From assembly GCA_964016885.1 (NCBI GenBank), contig OZ024754.1, positions 19,096,001-19,160,000 on the forward strand: a stretch of DNA of 64,000 nt, read 5' to 3'. The position numbers were made by a program, and so were the translations under genes. The stretch comes from Eledone cirrhosa (lineage: Eukaryota). Positions 11,352 to 26,063 of this stretch are shown piece after piece. How positions within the stretch are numbered: position 1 is the first letter of the stretch; every line of letters starts with the position of its first letter. The notes beneath the pieces were generated by a model. That model saw only the letters and a list, made by a program, of their open reading frames with translations, had not been told where the DNA came from and did no database searches.

Positions 11352-14170
11352 ATGTTGAGAAGTGACACACGAGTTGATATATATAATAGTAAAAAAGAAA
11401 AAAACTAGAAAATGCTAATGTGATATTCTCATATTTATAAAAAAGAAATTTATCGTACCGGTTTCAGCCACGTGGGCTTCTTCATGCTAAGGAAGTGTAT
11501 AATAATATTTATAATGGAGTTAAGTTGTATATTAATAAGAATATGGTGTAATATATATTTACATAGAAGATATATCGCTTTCTCTCTTTCTCTCCTTGGT
11601 GGTGTTGACTATAATTGCAGTAGTGGTAGTGAAAGTAGTACTGGCTCGTTCTATGTTCTTGGTGTTGACTTCGACTGTGATGTTAGTAGTGGTAGTAGTA
11701 AGGGGGTAGAAGAAGAAGAAGAAGAAGAAGAAGAAGAAGAAGAAGAAGAAGAAGAAGAAGAAGAAGAAGAAGAAGAAGAAGAAGAAGAAGAGGACAGAGA
11801 AAGCGAGATGTGTGGTAGTAATAAAAGGGTAATGGCAAAGAAAGAAGAGAAAGACGAAGTAGGGGTGGGCGAAGCAGATGGGAACGGCGGAGAGGTGTAG
11901 TAATAATAGTATCACTATTAATAGTAGTAAAGGTAGCTGTCCGTGGGAGTGACCTAAATGGTTGAGTGACCTTAAAGTTGACTGAGGGAGTAATTGTTTC
12001 TAAATATATCTTAGTATTTCAGTCACTAATACTGGCATTCTTAGTTTGTCCGTTGGTGTGATTCTTTCTAAAGGAATCTATCTGCTATTCTATGAGAAAA
12101 TCCCATTAGCATTTTCAACTGCTTTTCTTTTTTTACTATTATTTATATCAACTCGTGTGTCACTTCTCAACATTCTAAATATCATACCCCACACGTGATA
12201 CAGAACATGACGGCAAAAACAGATCAACGATCATTAATATAAATGAAGAGATACTGAAGGAACTACAGAAAATAAACACCAACCAGTCAGTACTCGTTAA
12301 CAAACTCGATTCGACAAATGAGGAAACCGATTCCAATTATAAATCCTCTGAAATCGGCGAAAAACTTCAAACCTATGTGAAGCGATCAAAACATTCTTTA
12401 CAAACAACAAAAACCCAGGACAAACGAGGAACCACGTGGCATTGATACACTAACAACATACAAAATGAAAAATCAAATAGTACCACAATGGAACAAATCA
12501 CTCAGAGACAGAAAATTCTCCGTGTGGAAGATGATCCAAAACAACAACAAAGCAGAGATATACGAAAAATGGCTCAATTCGACTCCACTTATTCTTCCCC
12601 GCAAACTACAAATTAAACCCATTCCAGATGAACCCGAGTCACAAAGACGGCTTAGGGAAAGAATAGCACTGGAGAAAATGAAGACGGAAATTGAACTTCT
12701 AAAATTGAGGGCTCAGACAAAAGGGGATTAAATAAAATCCATCGATGAAGAGATTAAGAAAAAGACTCAAGGCCCAAACCTAGAGAAAATCTCAAAACTT
12801 TAGAAAGAGGATTGTAACAAAGAGGAACTGAAATCCCATCAACGCTGGGGAAAAAGTGCAACTTTTTGAAGCGATCTATGAACTATAAAATGATCTTTCA
12901 AACAGAATACGCTTCCAACAACCCGTTCATAGAAATAAGAAAATCTAAACACCACCCAGACACAGTTCAACAACCAACCAAAAAACACAACCTTCTCCCC
13001 TACCAAAAAAGTAGGCGATACTTAATCCGTACCTTTTAACCCAACCTCGGACACCCCTGCAACTTACAAAGAAATAAGAAATCATCATCCCCAGGATGGA
13101 CATTACAACTTCCCACCCATAAAGAGATACCAAGGAAATTTTCATTCTTACAACCACCTCAACTACCATTCACAACAAACCCATACCACACGATATATTC
13201 AACAACGAAGGGTCCCTAAATACCACAACCACACATCATATATAAGGACACAAACCACACATAGGAGACAACCCAGCATCAGCAACCGACACAACTACCT
13301 TAACCATTTTTTAGACCCAGTACACAGACACAGGGAAACGAGATGACACATGACATACAGGAGATACCAAAAGTAATAAAAGTCATAAATTTAGACACTA
13401 AAGAACTAACAACAGGCCAATCAATATACTCTCCAAGGGCTGGAATTTACACCAACCCCTCCAACGTCCAAACTACTCCGAAATGAAGACATTGAAGAAT
13501 TCTGTATTACAACTTAGCGAGGAACTACACGACCAGTACAATGAGGACGAATCATTAGAGCTAGAAATAGAAACAACTACACCCCATCAAAAGGTAAGAA
13601 TAAAATTCTCGACCAACTCTGCGAACACATTACAAATTGCCTATATCAACACATACACAGACATAAACACAAGCAAAACTTCAGCAAGAAAGAATGGGAT
13701 AAGTTGAACAGATTAAAGGACGATAAAACTTTAACAATCAAAGAGGCGGAAAAGGGGAGTGCGGTAGTCCTTATGGATACAGAATATTATACAACCCTAG
13801 TGCTCTCCACTTTAGAAGATGAAACATACTACGAAAAGGCTCAACACTACAGTCACCAGAAAATAATGAGAAACCTAAAAACTCTGATAAACCTTTACAG
13901 AGAAGGACTTACCGACAAGGAATACAACTATATCACTGACTTTAAAAGTAAATCCAGCCTTTTTTTTACGGTATCCCTAATATACACAAAAGCGAAAAAT
14001 TTAGTAAGGCATGTAAGGGAGTCACAGATATCTTCATCAATGTCCCGCCTCAGCAACTTCCTTGATATCCTATTAAAACCTTTCCTGAAACACATTAAAA
14101 GCTACATAAGGGACGACCTTGATATGCTCAACCACCTCTTAAAAACATTTAATAATGAACATACCCTACT
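11349..14170 (+). mobile_element. Decayed Neptune-like PLE, 5' portion with inverted upstream pLTR
   Basis: IKEAEKGSAVVLMD and RLSNFLDILLKPFLKHIKSYIRDDLD match the 52697 ORF. 11349-11421 is the inverse of 12104-12176. Multiple stops and frameshifts. Confidence 0.8.
11451..11490 (-). ncRNA. Degenerate hammerhead
   Basis: ATGAAGA-AGCCcacgtGGCT-GAAA-CCGG-TA. C3A substitution and no good stem I. Confidence 0.45.
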
Positions 14171-14294
14171 AGTAGGTATGTTCATTATTAAGTGTTTTTA
14201 AAAGATGGTTGAGCATATCAAGGTCGTCCCTTATGTAGCTTTTAATGTGTTTCAGGAAAGGTTTTAATAGCGACGACGACTGTTACAGTTATTC

Positions 14295-14560
14295 GAACAG
14301 AACAAAATAGCTTGCTCGTGAAATATGCGTACAAGTGGCTGATTATTCCACAGGCAGTGCATCCTTAACATACTTCTCATGGAGATTCAGCGTGACACAC
14401 TTTGTGACAAGGCTGGCCCATTGAATTACCGATACGACTCATTTGTACCAGCTGGGTGGCCTCGAGCAACGTGAAATGTAATGTCTTGCTCAAGGACGCA
14501 ACGCGCTACCGGGAATCGAACACATGATTATGAATCGAACCTCTTAACCACAAAGTCACG
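14295..14560 (-). mobile_element. tRNA-derived SINE family 2
   Basis: B-box GTTCGATTCCC and TCCTTGAGCAAGACA core. Other copies at 23735-24015(+), 46810-46925(-), 47170-47280(-) and 48143-48250(+). Confidence 0.8.
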
Positions 14561-14969
14561 CACTGTCACTTGCTCAGAAATAGACGTAAAACATTTAGGC
14601 TACTTCTGACTTAATCCGTTTCCAAGTGAGATGTATTTGGTTTGAAAACAGATTACAATCAGATGATATCACGATACAGCAGCAAGAGTAAGAACAGTGG
14701 AGCGTCGAACTGGCAGAGGCATTAGAGCACTGGATGAAATGCTTTCGTATTTAATCTGGTTATCTACACTCTGAGTTCAAATCCCGCTAAAGCCAACATT
14801 GCCTTTCGCAGTCGATAAATAAAGTACAAATCCAGGAATGGGGCGGCGTATAATCGGATTAGCTAAAGAGTCAGACAGTCTACATTTCGGTATCTGCCCC
14901 GGGTCTGTGGATTTAGAGTTCCAGCCCCGTCGCTTTTCATTGAAAAAGTGGTGGAGCTATTCCTTTTCC

Positions 14970-15468
14970 CCAGCAGGCTGAATTCTTGGAGAATTATTCC
15001 CTCACAACCAGGCTGACTTCTTGTGAGGCTATTCTCTAACAGCCAGGCTGACTTCTTTGGGCACTATTCTCTAACAACCAGGCTGACTTCTTGTGAGGCT
15101 ATTCTCTAACAACCAGGCTGACTTCTTGTGAGGCTATTCCCTCACAAGCAGGCTGACTTCTTTGGGCACTATTCTCTAACAACCAGGCTGACTTCTTGTG
15201 AGGGTATTCTCTAACAAGCAGGCTGAATTCTTGTGAGGCTATTCTCTAACAACCAGGCTGACTTCTTGTGAGGCTATTCTCTAACAAGCAGGCTGAATTC
15301 TTGTGGGAAGGTAGTTCCTCTTCCACAGTAGACTGGCTTCTTATGGGAAGACTATTCCCCTTCCACAGCAGGCTGGCCTCCTGTTGGGAGGTTATTCTCC
15401 TTCAACAGCAGGCTCGGTTCTTGTGGGGTTATTCCCTGACAAACAGGCTGACTTCTTGTGGGAAGTAA
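14970..15468. repeat. Minisatellite, ~35-bp unit
   Basis: Tandem AGGCTATTCTCTAACAACCAGGCTGACTTCTTGTG, about 14 units. Confidence 0.9.
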
Positions 15469-16115
15469 CTGGCCCTAAATAGTGATCGCGAACAATCACA
15501 AATACCAAGTGAAATATGTTTAACTCTCGGCTGTAAGAGGCAATGACATATAGATACCGTTTCATTTAGATAGTTCTAGTTAATATATTTTCAATGAATT
15601 TAAGCACAAACACGTAGTGTTTACTGGAAAGAATACATTTTAGACAAGGAACAGGTTTAATACAGATAAAAAGTAAAGAGGGGAATGAGTTAATTAATTT
15701 GAATAGCAGGTGAAGAGAACATGTAGTAAATTGGCTGGAATACTAAGTGAAGAGGAGGTAGGAATGAATTAATTTGAATACTAAATGAGGAGGGGAGTGA
15801 ATTAATTTGAATACTAAATGAGTAGGGGAGTGAAATAATTGGAATAGTAGGTGAATCAAGAGACTAGTTAGAGAGAATATTCTTCGTCCATCATACCCTA
15901 TCAATTATATTTTTGCTCAACTACCTGCAGAAATTTTCACCTGAATATTACTTACTATTTCTTTTTAGATCATATTTGGAATTATTGGCATTTCAATTTA
16001 ACTTGAATTGTTAGAGCGTCGGTGTTTGATCCTGCACTTTGAGTTTTGAGTTTAAATCACATTCAAATTACACCACACTTACACCATGAGTTTAAATCAC
16101 ACTCAAATTACACCA

Positions 16116-16229
16116 TACTGTCTCTGATGATCTGATTGAGCTAACATCGTATTTGAAATTGAGTGGCACTGCATTTAGTGTTCAGCAATTTTTAGATAAC
16201 TTAATCAGTGAAACAATTGTTAGACTGTA
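16116..16229 (+). ncRNA. Hammerhead ribozyme with extended helix II
   Basis: tactgtct-CTGATGA-tCTGATTGAG...CTTAATCAGt-GAAA-CAATTG-TT-agactgta, followed by AATAAA. Confidence 0.85.
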
Positions 16230-16292
16230 AATAAATCCCTTTTTTTGTACTGTTGACCATGTTATTCTTCACTTTTTCAATTATATATATAT

Positions 16293-16368
<76 letters not shown>

Positions 16369-16836
16369 TGTGGTATAAATGTAATTTGAATACTAAATGA
16401 GTAGGGGAGTGAAATAATTGGAATAGTAGGTGAATCAAGAGACTAGTTAGAGAGAATATTCTTCGTCCATCATACCCAAGAGAAATTGAGTATAAATGTA
16501 ATCTGAGTTTTTCGAATATTCGATTCGTTAGCGATTATGCAAACAGCCTCTTATATTCGAAAAACTCAGATTAGATTTATTGTATTCAGCCATGTAGAAC
16601 GATAAACCATGTTTGTTATTTGAATATGGCAAAGCCGGCCATTAATCCCTCGCATACATTAAACTGACTGGCCTATCTGCTGATATCGAAATCTGGCTGA
16701 TCAGTGGATCTGCTAATATGCAGATCTGACTGATCACGCAGTCAGCTAATATGTAAATCAGGCCCATCAGTCACTGTATATTTGAGAAAATATCATATAT
16801 TTCCACTAGCTCTGATAGTTGGCAGCTAAGCAGTAT

Positions 16837-16883
16837 ACTGCACTGATGAAGGGTAATCACCCAGAAACATTAGTGTCTGCAGT
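16837..16883 (+). ncRNA. Hammerhead ribozyme
   Basis: actgca-CTGATGA-aGGGTaatcACCCa-GAAA-CAttagTG-TC-tgcagt. Lies in pLTR-like repeat 16480-17055. Confidence 0.9.
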
Positions 16884-17093
16884 TCTGTTTACATGCCAAA
16901 ACAAGAGCAAGAACGGCAGGGTCATTCTACTGACATGGCTTAAAAGAGGCTGTGTGCATAATTGCAAACGAAACGAATGTTATTATTAATATTCGAAAAA
17001 ATCAGATTACATTTATTATATTCAGCCATGTAGAGCGATAAACTATTTGTTTGTTATTAACCGTCCCCTCAATCTATCTTATTTCTCATTCTT

Positions 17094-17129
17094 TCTTCTG
17101 ATGAAGGACTACTGTCTGAAACGTTAAGA
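17094..17129 (+). ncRNA. Minimal hammerhead (helix III reduced to ACGT)
   Basis: tctt-CTGATGA-aGGACtactGTCT-GAAA-CG-TT-aaga. Confidence 0.65.
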
Positions 17130-17156
17130 CCCTCTTCGTGCTATATCAAGCGTTAA

Positions 17157-20100
17157 CCTCCACCAACACACACACCACCTCCACCACACACACACACCAC
17201 CTCCACCTCCACCAACACATACCACCTCCACCAACACACACCACCTCCACCAACACACACACCACCTCCACCAACACACACACCACCTCCACCAACACAC
17301 ACCACATCCACCAAAACACACACCACCCCCACCTATGTACATACCCCCTCCACCAACACACACACGACCTCCACCAACACACACACACCCTCCACCAACA
17401 CACACACCACCTCCACCAACACACATACCACCTCCACCAACACACACCACCTCCACCCCCCCAACTATACCCCCCCCCCACCCAACACACACCACCTCCA
17501 CCAACACACACACCACCCCAGCTATACACACACCACCTCCATCAACACACACACCACCTCCACCAACACACTCACCACTCCCACCTATACACATACCCCC
17601 TCCACCAACACCAACACACCTCCACCAACACACACACACCAACTCCACCGACACACACCACCTCCACCAACACACACACCACCTCCACCAACACACACAC
17701 CACCTCCACCAACACACACCACCTCCACCAACACACACAACACCTCCACCAACACACATACCACCCCCACCTATACATACACCCCTTCCACCAACACACA
17801 CACCACCTCCACCAACATCCCCCCCATCCCTCACCAACACACACCTCACCTCCACCAACACATCTTCCCCCATCCTCCACCAACACACATCATCCCCCCA
17901 TACCAACACACACCACCCCCACCAACACACACCACATCCACCAACACACACCACCTCCACCAACACAGACCACCTCCACCAACACACACACCACCTCCAC
18001 CAACACCCCCACCACCTCCACCAACACACACCACCTCCACCAACACACACACCACCTCCACCAACACACACCACCTCCACCAACACACACCACCTCCACC
18101 AACACACACCACCCCACCAACACACACACCACCTCCACCAACACACACCACCTCCACCAACACACACCACCCCACCAACACACACACCACCTCCACCAAC
18201 ACACACCACCTCCACCAACACACACCACCTCCACCAACACACACCACCTCCACCAACACACACCACCTCCACCAACACACACACCACCCCACCAACACAT
18301 ACACCACCTCCACCAACACACACCACCTCCACCAACACCCCCATCACCCCCACCAACACACACACCACCTCCACCAACACACACCAACCCCACCAACACA
18401 GACCAGCTCCACCAACACACCCCCTCCACCAACACACACCACCTCCACCAACACACACCACCTCCACCAACACACACACCACCTCCACCAACACACACAC
18501 CACCTCCACCAACACACACCACCTCCACCAACACACACACCACCTCCACCAACACACACACCACCTCCACCAACACACACCACCTCCACCAACACACACC
18601 ACCTCCACCAACACACACCACCTCCACCAACACCCCCATCACCCCCACCAACACACACACCACCTCCACCAACACACACCAACCCCACCAACACACACAC
18701 CACCTCCACCAACACCCCCCCTCCACCAACACACACCACCTCCACCAACACACACCACCTCCACCAACACACACACCACCTCCACCAACACACACACCAC
18801 CTCCACCAACACACACCACCTCCACCAACACACACCACCTCCACCAACACACACACCACCTCCACCAACACACACCATCTCCACCAACACACACCACCTC
18901 CACCAACACACACCACCTCCACCAACACACACCACTTCCACAACACACACACCACCTCCACCAACACACACCACCTCCACCAACACACACCACCTCCACC
19001 AACACACACCACCTCCAACAACACACACCACCTCCACCAACACACACCACCTCCACCAACACACACCACTTCCACAACACAGACACCACCTCCACCAACA
19101 CACACCACCTCCACCAACACACACCACCTCCACCAACACACACCACCTCCACCAACACACACCACCTCCACCAACACACACCACCTCCACCAACACACAC
19201 CACTTCCACAACACACACACCACCTCCACCAACACACACCACCTCCACCAACACACACCACCTCCACCAACACCCCCATCACCCCCACCAACACACACAC
19301 CACCTCCACCAACACACACCAACGCCACCAACACAGACCAGCTCCACCAACACACCCCCTCCACCAACACACACCACCTCCACCAACACACACCACCTCC
19401 ACCAACACACACCACCTCCACCAACACACACCACCTCCACCAACACACACCACTTCCACAACACACACACCACCTCCACCAACACACACCACCTCCACCA
19501 ACACACACCACCTCCACCAACACACACCACCTCCACCAACACACACCACCTCCACCAACACACACCACTTCCACAACACAGACACCACCTCCACCAACAC
19601 ACACCACCTCCACCAACACACACCACCTCCACCAACACACACCACCTCCACCAACACACACCACTTCCACAACACACACACCACCTCCACCAACACACAC
19701 CACCTCCACCAACACACACCACCTCCACCAACACACACCAGCTCCACCAACACACACCACCTCCACCAACACACACCACTTCCACAACACACACACCACC
19801 TCCACCAACACACACCACCTCCACCAACACACACCACCTCCACCAACACACACACCACCTCCACCAACACACACACCACCCCACCAACACATACACCACC
19901 TCCACCAACACACACCACCTCCACCAACACCCCCATCACCCCCACCAACACACACACCACCTCCACCAACACACACCAACGCCACCAACACAGACCAGCT
20001 CCACCAACACACCCCCTCCACCAACACACACCACCTCCACCAACACACACCACCTCCACCAACACACACCACCTCCACCAACACACACCACCTCCACCAA

Positions 20101-23100
20101 CACACACCACTTCCACAACACACACACCACCTCCACCAACACACACCACCTCCACCAACACACACCACCTCCACCAACACACACCACCTCCACCAACACA
20201 CACACCACCTCCACCAACACCTCCACCACCTCCACCAACACGCACCACCTCCACCAACACACACACCACCTCCACCAACACACACCACCTCCACCAACAC
20301 ACACCACCTCCACCAACACACACCACCCCACCAACACACACACCACCTCCACCAACACACACCACCTCCACCAACACACACCACCCCACCAACACACACA
20401 CCACCTCCACCAACACACACCACCTCCACCAACACACACCACCTCCACCAACACAGACCAGCTCCCCCCCACCAACACACACACCACCTCCACCAACACA
20501 CACACCACCCCACCAACACATACACCACCTCCACCAACACACACCATCTCCACCAACACCCCCATCACCCCCACCAACACACACACCACCTCCACCAATA
20601 CACACCAACGCCACCAACACAGACCAGCTCCACCAACACACCCCCTCCACCAACACACACCACCTCCACCAACACACACCACCTCCACCAACACACACAC
20701 CACCTCCACCAACACACACACCACCTCCACCAACACACACCACCTCCACCAACACACACCACCTCCACCAACACACACACCACCTCCACCAACACACACC
20801 ACCTCCACCAACACACACCACCTCCACCAACACACACCACCTCCACCAACACCCCCATCACCCCCCCCAACACACACACCACCTCCCCCCCCCCCCCCCC
20901 AACCCCACCAACACACACACCACCTCCACCAACACCCCCCCCCCCTTCCACCAACACACACCACCTCCACCAACACACACCACCTCCACCAACACACACA
21001 CCACTTCCACAACACACACACCACCTCCACCAACACACACCACCTCCACCAACACACACCACCTCCACCAACACACACCACCTCCACCAACACACACCAC
21101 CTCCACCAACACACACCACCTCCACCAACACACACCACTTCCACAACACACACACCACCTCCACCAACACACACCACCTCCACCAACACACACCACCTCC
21201 ACCAACACACACACCACCTCCACCAACACACACCACCTCCACCAACACACACCACCTCCACAAACACACACCACCTCCACCAACACACACCACTTCCACA
21301 AACACACACCACCTCCACCAACACACACCACCTCCACCAACACACACCACCTCCACCAACACATACCACCTCCACCAACACACACCACCTCCACCAACAC
21401 ACACCACTTCCACAACACACACACCACCTCCACCAACACACACCACCTCCACCAACACACACCACCTCCACCAACACACACCACCTCCACCAACACACAC
21501 CACCTCCACCAACACACACCACCTCCACCAACACACACCACTTCCACAACACACACACCACCTCCACCAACACACACCACCTCCACCAACACACACCACC
21601 TCCACCAACACACACCACCTCCACCAACACACACCACCTCCACCAGCACACACACCACCTCCACCAACACACACCACCTCCACCAACACATACACCACCT
21701 CCACCAACACACACCACCTCCACCAACACACACCACCTCCACCAACACACACCACCTCCACCAACACACACACCACCTCCACCAACACACACCACCTCCA
21801 CCAACACAGACACCACCTCCACCAACACACACCACCTCCACCAACACACACCACCTCCACCAACACACACCACCTCCACCAACACACACACCACCTCCAC
21901 CAACACACACCACCTCCACCAACACACACACCACCTCCACCACACACACACCACCTCCACCAACACACACCACCTCCACCAACACACACCACCTCCACCA
22001 ACACACACCACATCCACCAACACAGACCACCTCCACCAACACACACACCACCTCCACCAACACACACACCACCTCCACCAACACACACCACCTCCACCAA
22101 CACACACACCACCTCCACCAACACACACACCACCTCCACCAACACACACCACCTCCACCAACACACACCACTTCCACAACACACACACCACCTCCACCAA
22201 CACACACCACCTCCACCAACACACACCACTTCCACAACACACACACCACCTCCACCAACACACACCACCTCCACCAACACACACCACCTCCACCAACACA
22301 CACACACCACCTCCACCAAAACACACCACCTCCACCAACACACACCACCTCCACCAACACACACCACCTCCACCAACACACACCACCTCCACCAACACAC
22401 ACCACCTCCACCAACACAGACCAGCTCCACCAACACACACACACCTCCACCAACACACACACCACCTCCACCAACACACACCACCTCCACCAACACACAC
22501 CACCCCACCAACACACACCACCTCCACCAACACACACCACCTCCACCAACACACACCACCCCACCAACACACACCACCTCCACCAACACACACCACCTCC
22601 ACCAACACACACCACCTCCACCAACACACACCACCTCCACCAACACAGACCAGCTCCACCAACACACACACCACCTCCACCAACACACACACCACCTCCA
22701 CCAACACACACACCACCTCCACTAACACACACCCCCTCCACCAACACACACCACCTCCACCAACACACACCACCTCCACCAACACACACACCACCTCCAC
22801 CAACACACACCACCTCCACCAACACCCCCATCACCCCCACCAACACACACACCACCTCCACCAACACACACACCACCTCCACCAACACACACCACCTCCA
22901 CCAACACACACCACCTCCACCAACACACACCACCTCCACCAACACACACCACCTCCACCAACACACACACCACTTCCACAACACACACCACTTCCACAAC
23001 ACACACACCACCTCCACCAACACACACACCACCTCCACCAACACACACCACCTCCACCAACAAACACCACCTCCACCAACACACACCACCTCCACCAACA

Positions 23101-23637
23101 CACACCACCTCCACCAACACACACCACCTCCACCAACACACAACACCTCCACCAACACACACCACCTCCACCAACACACACACCACTTCCACAACACACA
23201 CACACCACCTCCACCAACACACACCACCTCCACCAACACACACACCACTTCCACAACACACACCACCTCCACCAACACACACCACCTCCACCAACACACA
23301 CACCACTTCCACAACACACACCACCTCCACCAACACACACCACCTCCACCAACACACACCACCTCCACCAACACACACACCACCTCCACCAACACACACC
23401 ACCTCCACCAACACATCTTCCCCCCATCCTCCACCAACACACATCATCCCCCCATACCAACACACACCACCCCCACCAACACACACCACATCCACCAACA
23501 CACACCACCTCCACCAACACATACCACCTCCACCAACACACACACCACCTCCACCAACACACACACCACCTCCACCAACACACACCACTTCCACAACACA
23601 CACACCCCCTCCACCAACACACACACCACCTCCACCA
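17157..23637. repeat. 6.5-kb satellite, 19/21-bp unit CCACCTCCACCAACACACA(CA)
   Basis: More than 300 tandem units with recurring variant units. Confidence 0.97.
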
Positions 23638-24220
23638 TGGTAGTTTTATACAGGACAAACCAATTATAAATGTTAACAGCTTGCAACCAACATATGAAGG
23701 TAACGTAATCCCTCATATGTTTGTATTGTGTTACTTCACCGTAAGGTCGTGGGTTCGAGTCCCGGACCAGACAACATGTTGTATCCTTCGGCAAGACACT
23801 TTATTTCACCTTGCTCCAGTCTACGCACTTGGCAAAAAAATATGTTGTACCTGTAATTGAAAGAGGGTTGTGGTGGTGTGAGTGGGGGAAGTAGGCAGTT
23901 TTGCCACACATTATGTCATGCTGAATCTCCCTCCTTCAGAACTATATAAAGGGTACACGTGTCTGTGGAATGCTCAGCCAGTTGCACATTAATTTCACCA
24001 GCAGGATGTTCGGTTGTTAGTACACTAACACTCGTGTTAGTGTACTAACAACCGAACTCGGGTTAGTGTACACACGCATTATATATATATATATATATAT
24101 ATATTAATAAAAGGGATTCCAACTTTGTGTGATTTACTCGTTTTATTTACAATCCTTTAAAATTTATAATGGTATTAGAATGAAATAGTATGGTAGAATA
24201 TAGAATGTTAAGTGTTAATT

Positions 24221-24260
24221 GAACAATGCATTTCAGGCTTAACTGGCCTTCGTCAGGACG
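24221..24260 (-). ncRNA. Hammerhead core with mismatched stem I (chimeric)
   Basis: cgtc-CTGACGA-AGGCcagttaaGCCT-GAAA-TGCA-TT-gttc. Confidence 0.65.
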
Positions 24261-25653
24261 GTCTCTCCCACCGCTTGCGACTGCTGGACTAGAAGACAGC
24301 TGAGAAGATATACTTTTCTCGTCTGTGTAAATGAGGTGATTAATCTCATTTGCACATGAAGCTGCATAAGTTGGCTCAACTTATAATAAAAAAGAAATAG
24401 GATTTCGCTTCAAGCATAGCTTTATACAATATGTATAAATATTTCGTATCTCCAAAGAAATACAGTTTAGGAAGCCGTAGCTATGCAAATACCGCGGGGC
24501 TAACGCCCTCTGGTGATGTCCAGCAGAAGCAAAGATTGTCCCCCTTGCTTCTGCTGGTATTAGTTTTACTATTATTTTCTACAACAGATATGTAGATAAT
24601 AGTAAATATATGTAGAAATAATTATAATTTCTTTATATAAAGAAATTATTATTTTCTACATATATTTATTAGTTTTACTATTAGTTTCTATATATTATTT
24701 TTATTTTTATTTTTTTCTCATTAGTTCTCCCTATGTATTCTAATCAACATCATATTAAATCAGTTTTCGACTTTTTCACCCAAACTTTACATTATTGAAT
24801 GAAATGGAATTATTCAAGACTTGTCTACAAAAATCTGAGCTGCGTCTTCATAGAAGGTTTTTCTCTAATTATTTTCTCCTTTTCCTTAAATTATTCTCAT
24901 CTATTACAATTGATGAATAGATGCACGTTTGACTGTCAAACTGTCTGTCTGTGCGCGTATGTGTGTATGTGCGTGTGTGCGCGTACCTCAATCGGTGTGC
25001 GTGTCGTTGTACGTGTGTACCTCAGTGTGTGTCGTTGTCTGTATGTACCTCAGTGTGTGTTTGTGTGTGTGCTGCATGTGTAGATGTGTGTTTCTGTATG
25101 TGCTAGAGTTCCGTAATTGTAGCAGAGGGTCCGTGGGAAGTTCCATTTAAATAAAAAGGATCCTTGGTACTGATAAATTTTGAAACGACGGCGTCAGAAG
25201 CAGAGATTATAAATAAAATGGTTACGTTTTATTAAGTCACACATTTAATGGTTTAATGGTTAGAGCGTGTGGTTTAGTGGTTAGAGTGTATGGTTTAGAA
25301 AGTTATACATACAGGTATTAAATTAAATTCTAACCATCCTAAAACTAAAAAACCCAGCTGAGGGCACAATTAATTACTACGGCCGTCACTTGGGCACCAC
25401 ACAACCACCATTACTGTAGGGGGTCCAGGGCAATTGCCCCCTTTGTCTCCCGTCCCCCATTAAATCTGGCCCTGACCACAGTAGCGAACTGGTAATGCTC
25501 CAGATAATCCTGTCCTAAGTACAAGTGCGTCACCAATACTTTAAACTTGAAATATAGATAAACACGGGGGCTTTTCTTTTTTAACATCTTAAGGGTTAAT
25601 TCAGCGCGTACCTCTCCTGATAATACACACACACACACACACACACACACACC

Positions 25654-25698
<45 letters not shown>

Positions 25699-25715
25699 CT
25701 TGGGTATATATTCAT

Positions 25716-25753
<38 letters not shown>

Positions 25754-26004
25754 TATACTTTAACTAACATCTTGAACACACCTCACGTCTCCCCCCCACC
25801 TCGCCTCACGCACCTTAAGACGGGTAGTATGAGTTTTTCATAGAACATTTGGCTATTTCTTCTAGCAGGTCAAATGACTATGTAGAGGTTCACTTGTTAG
25901 CTTGTATTTATAGTATCTGAAAATTTGTATGTGGGTGTATATGTATGCATGGTATGGCTGTGTGTATGCGTAGTATATATATATATATGTGTGTGTGTGT
26001 GTAC

Positions 26005-26063
<59 letters not shown>

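Noticed and set aside
14970-15468. CRISPR-like ~35-bp repeats
   Set aside because: Contiguous tandem units with no unique spacers, no cas genes and a eukaryotic context.
17124-23860. 2240-aa and 1796-aa His/Thr/Pro ORFs and their antisense ORFs
   Set aside because: Satellite lacking stop codons in all frames; no coding signal.
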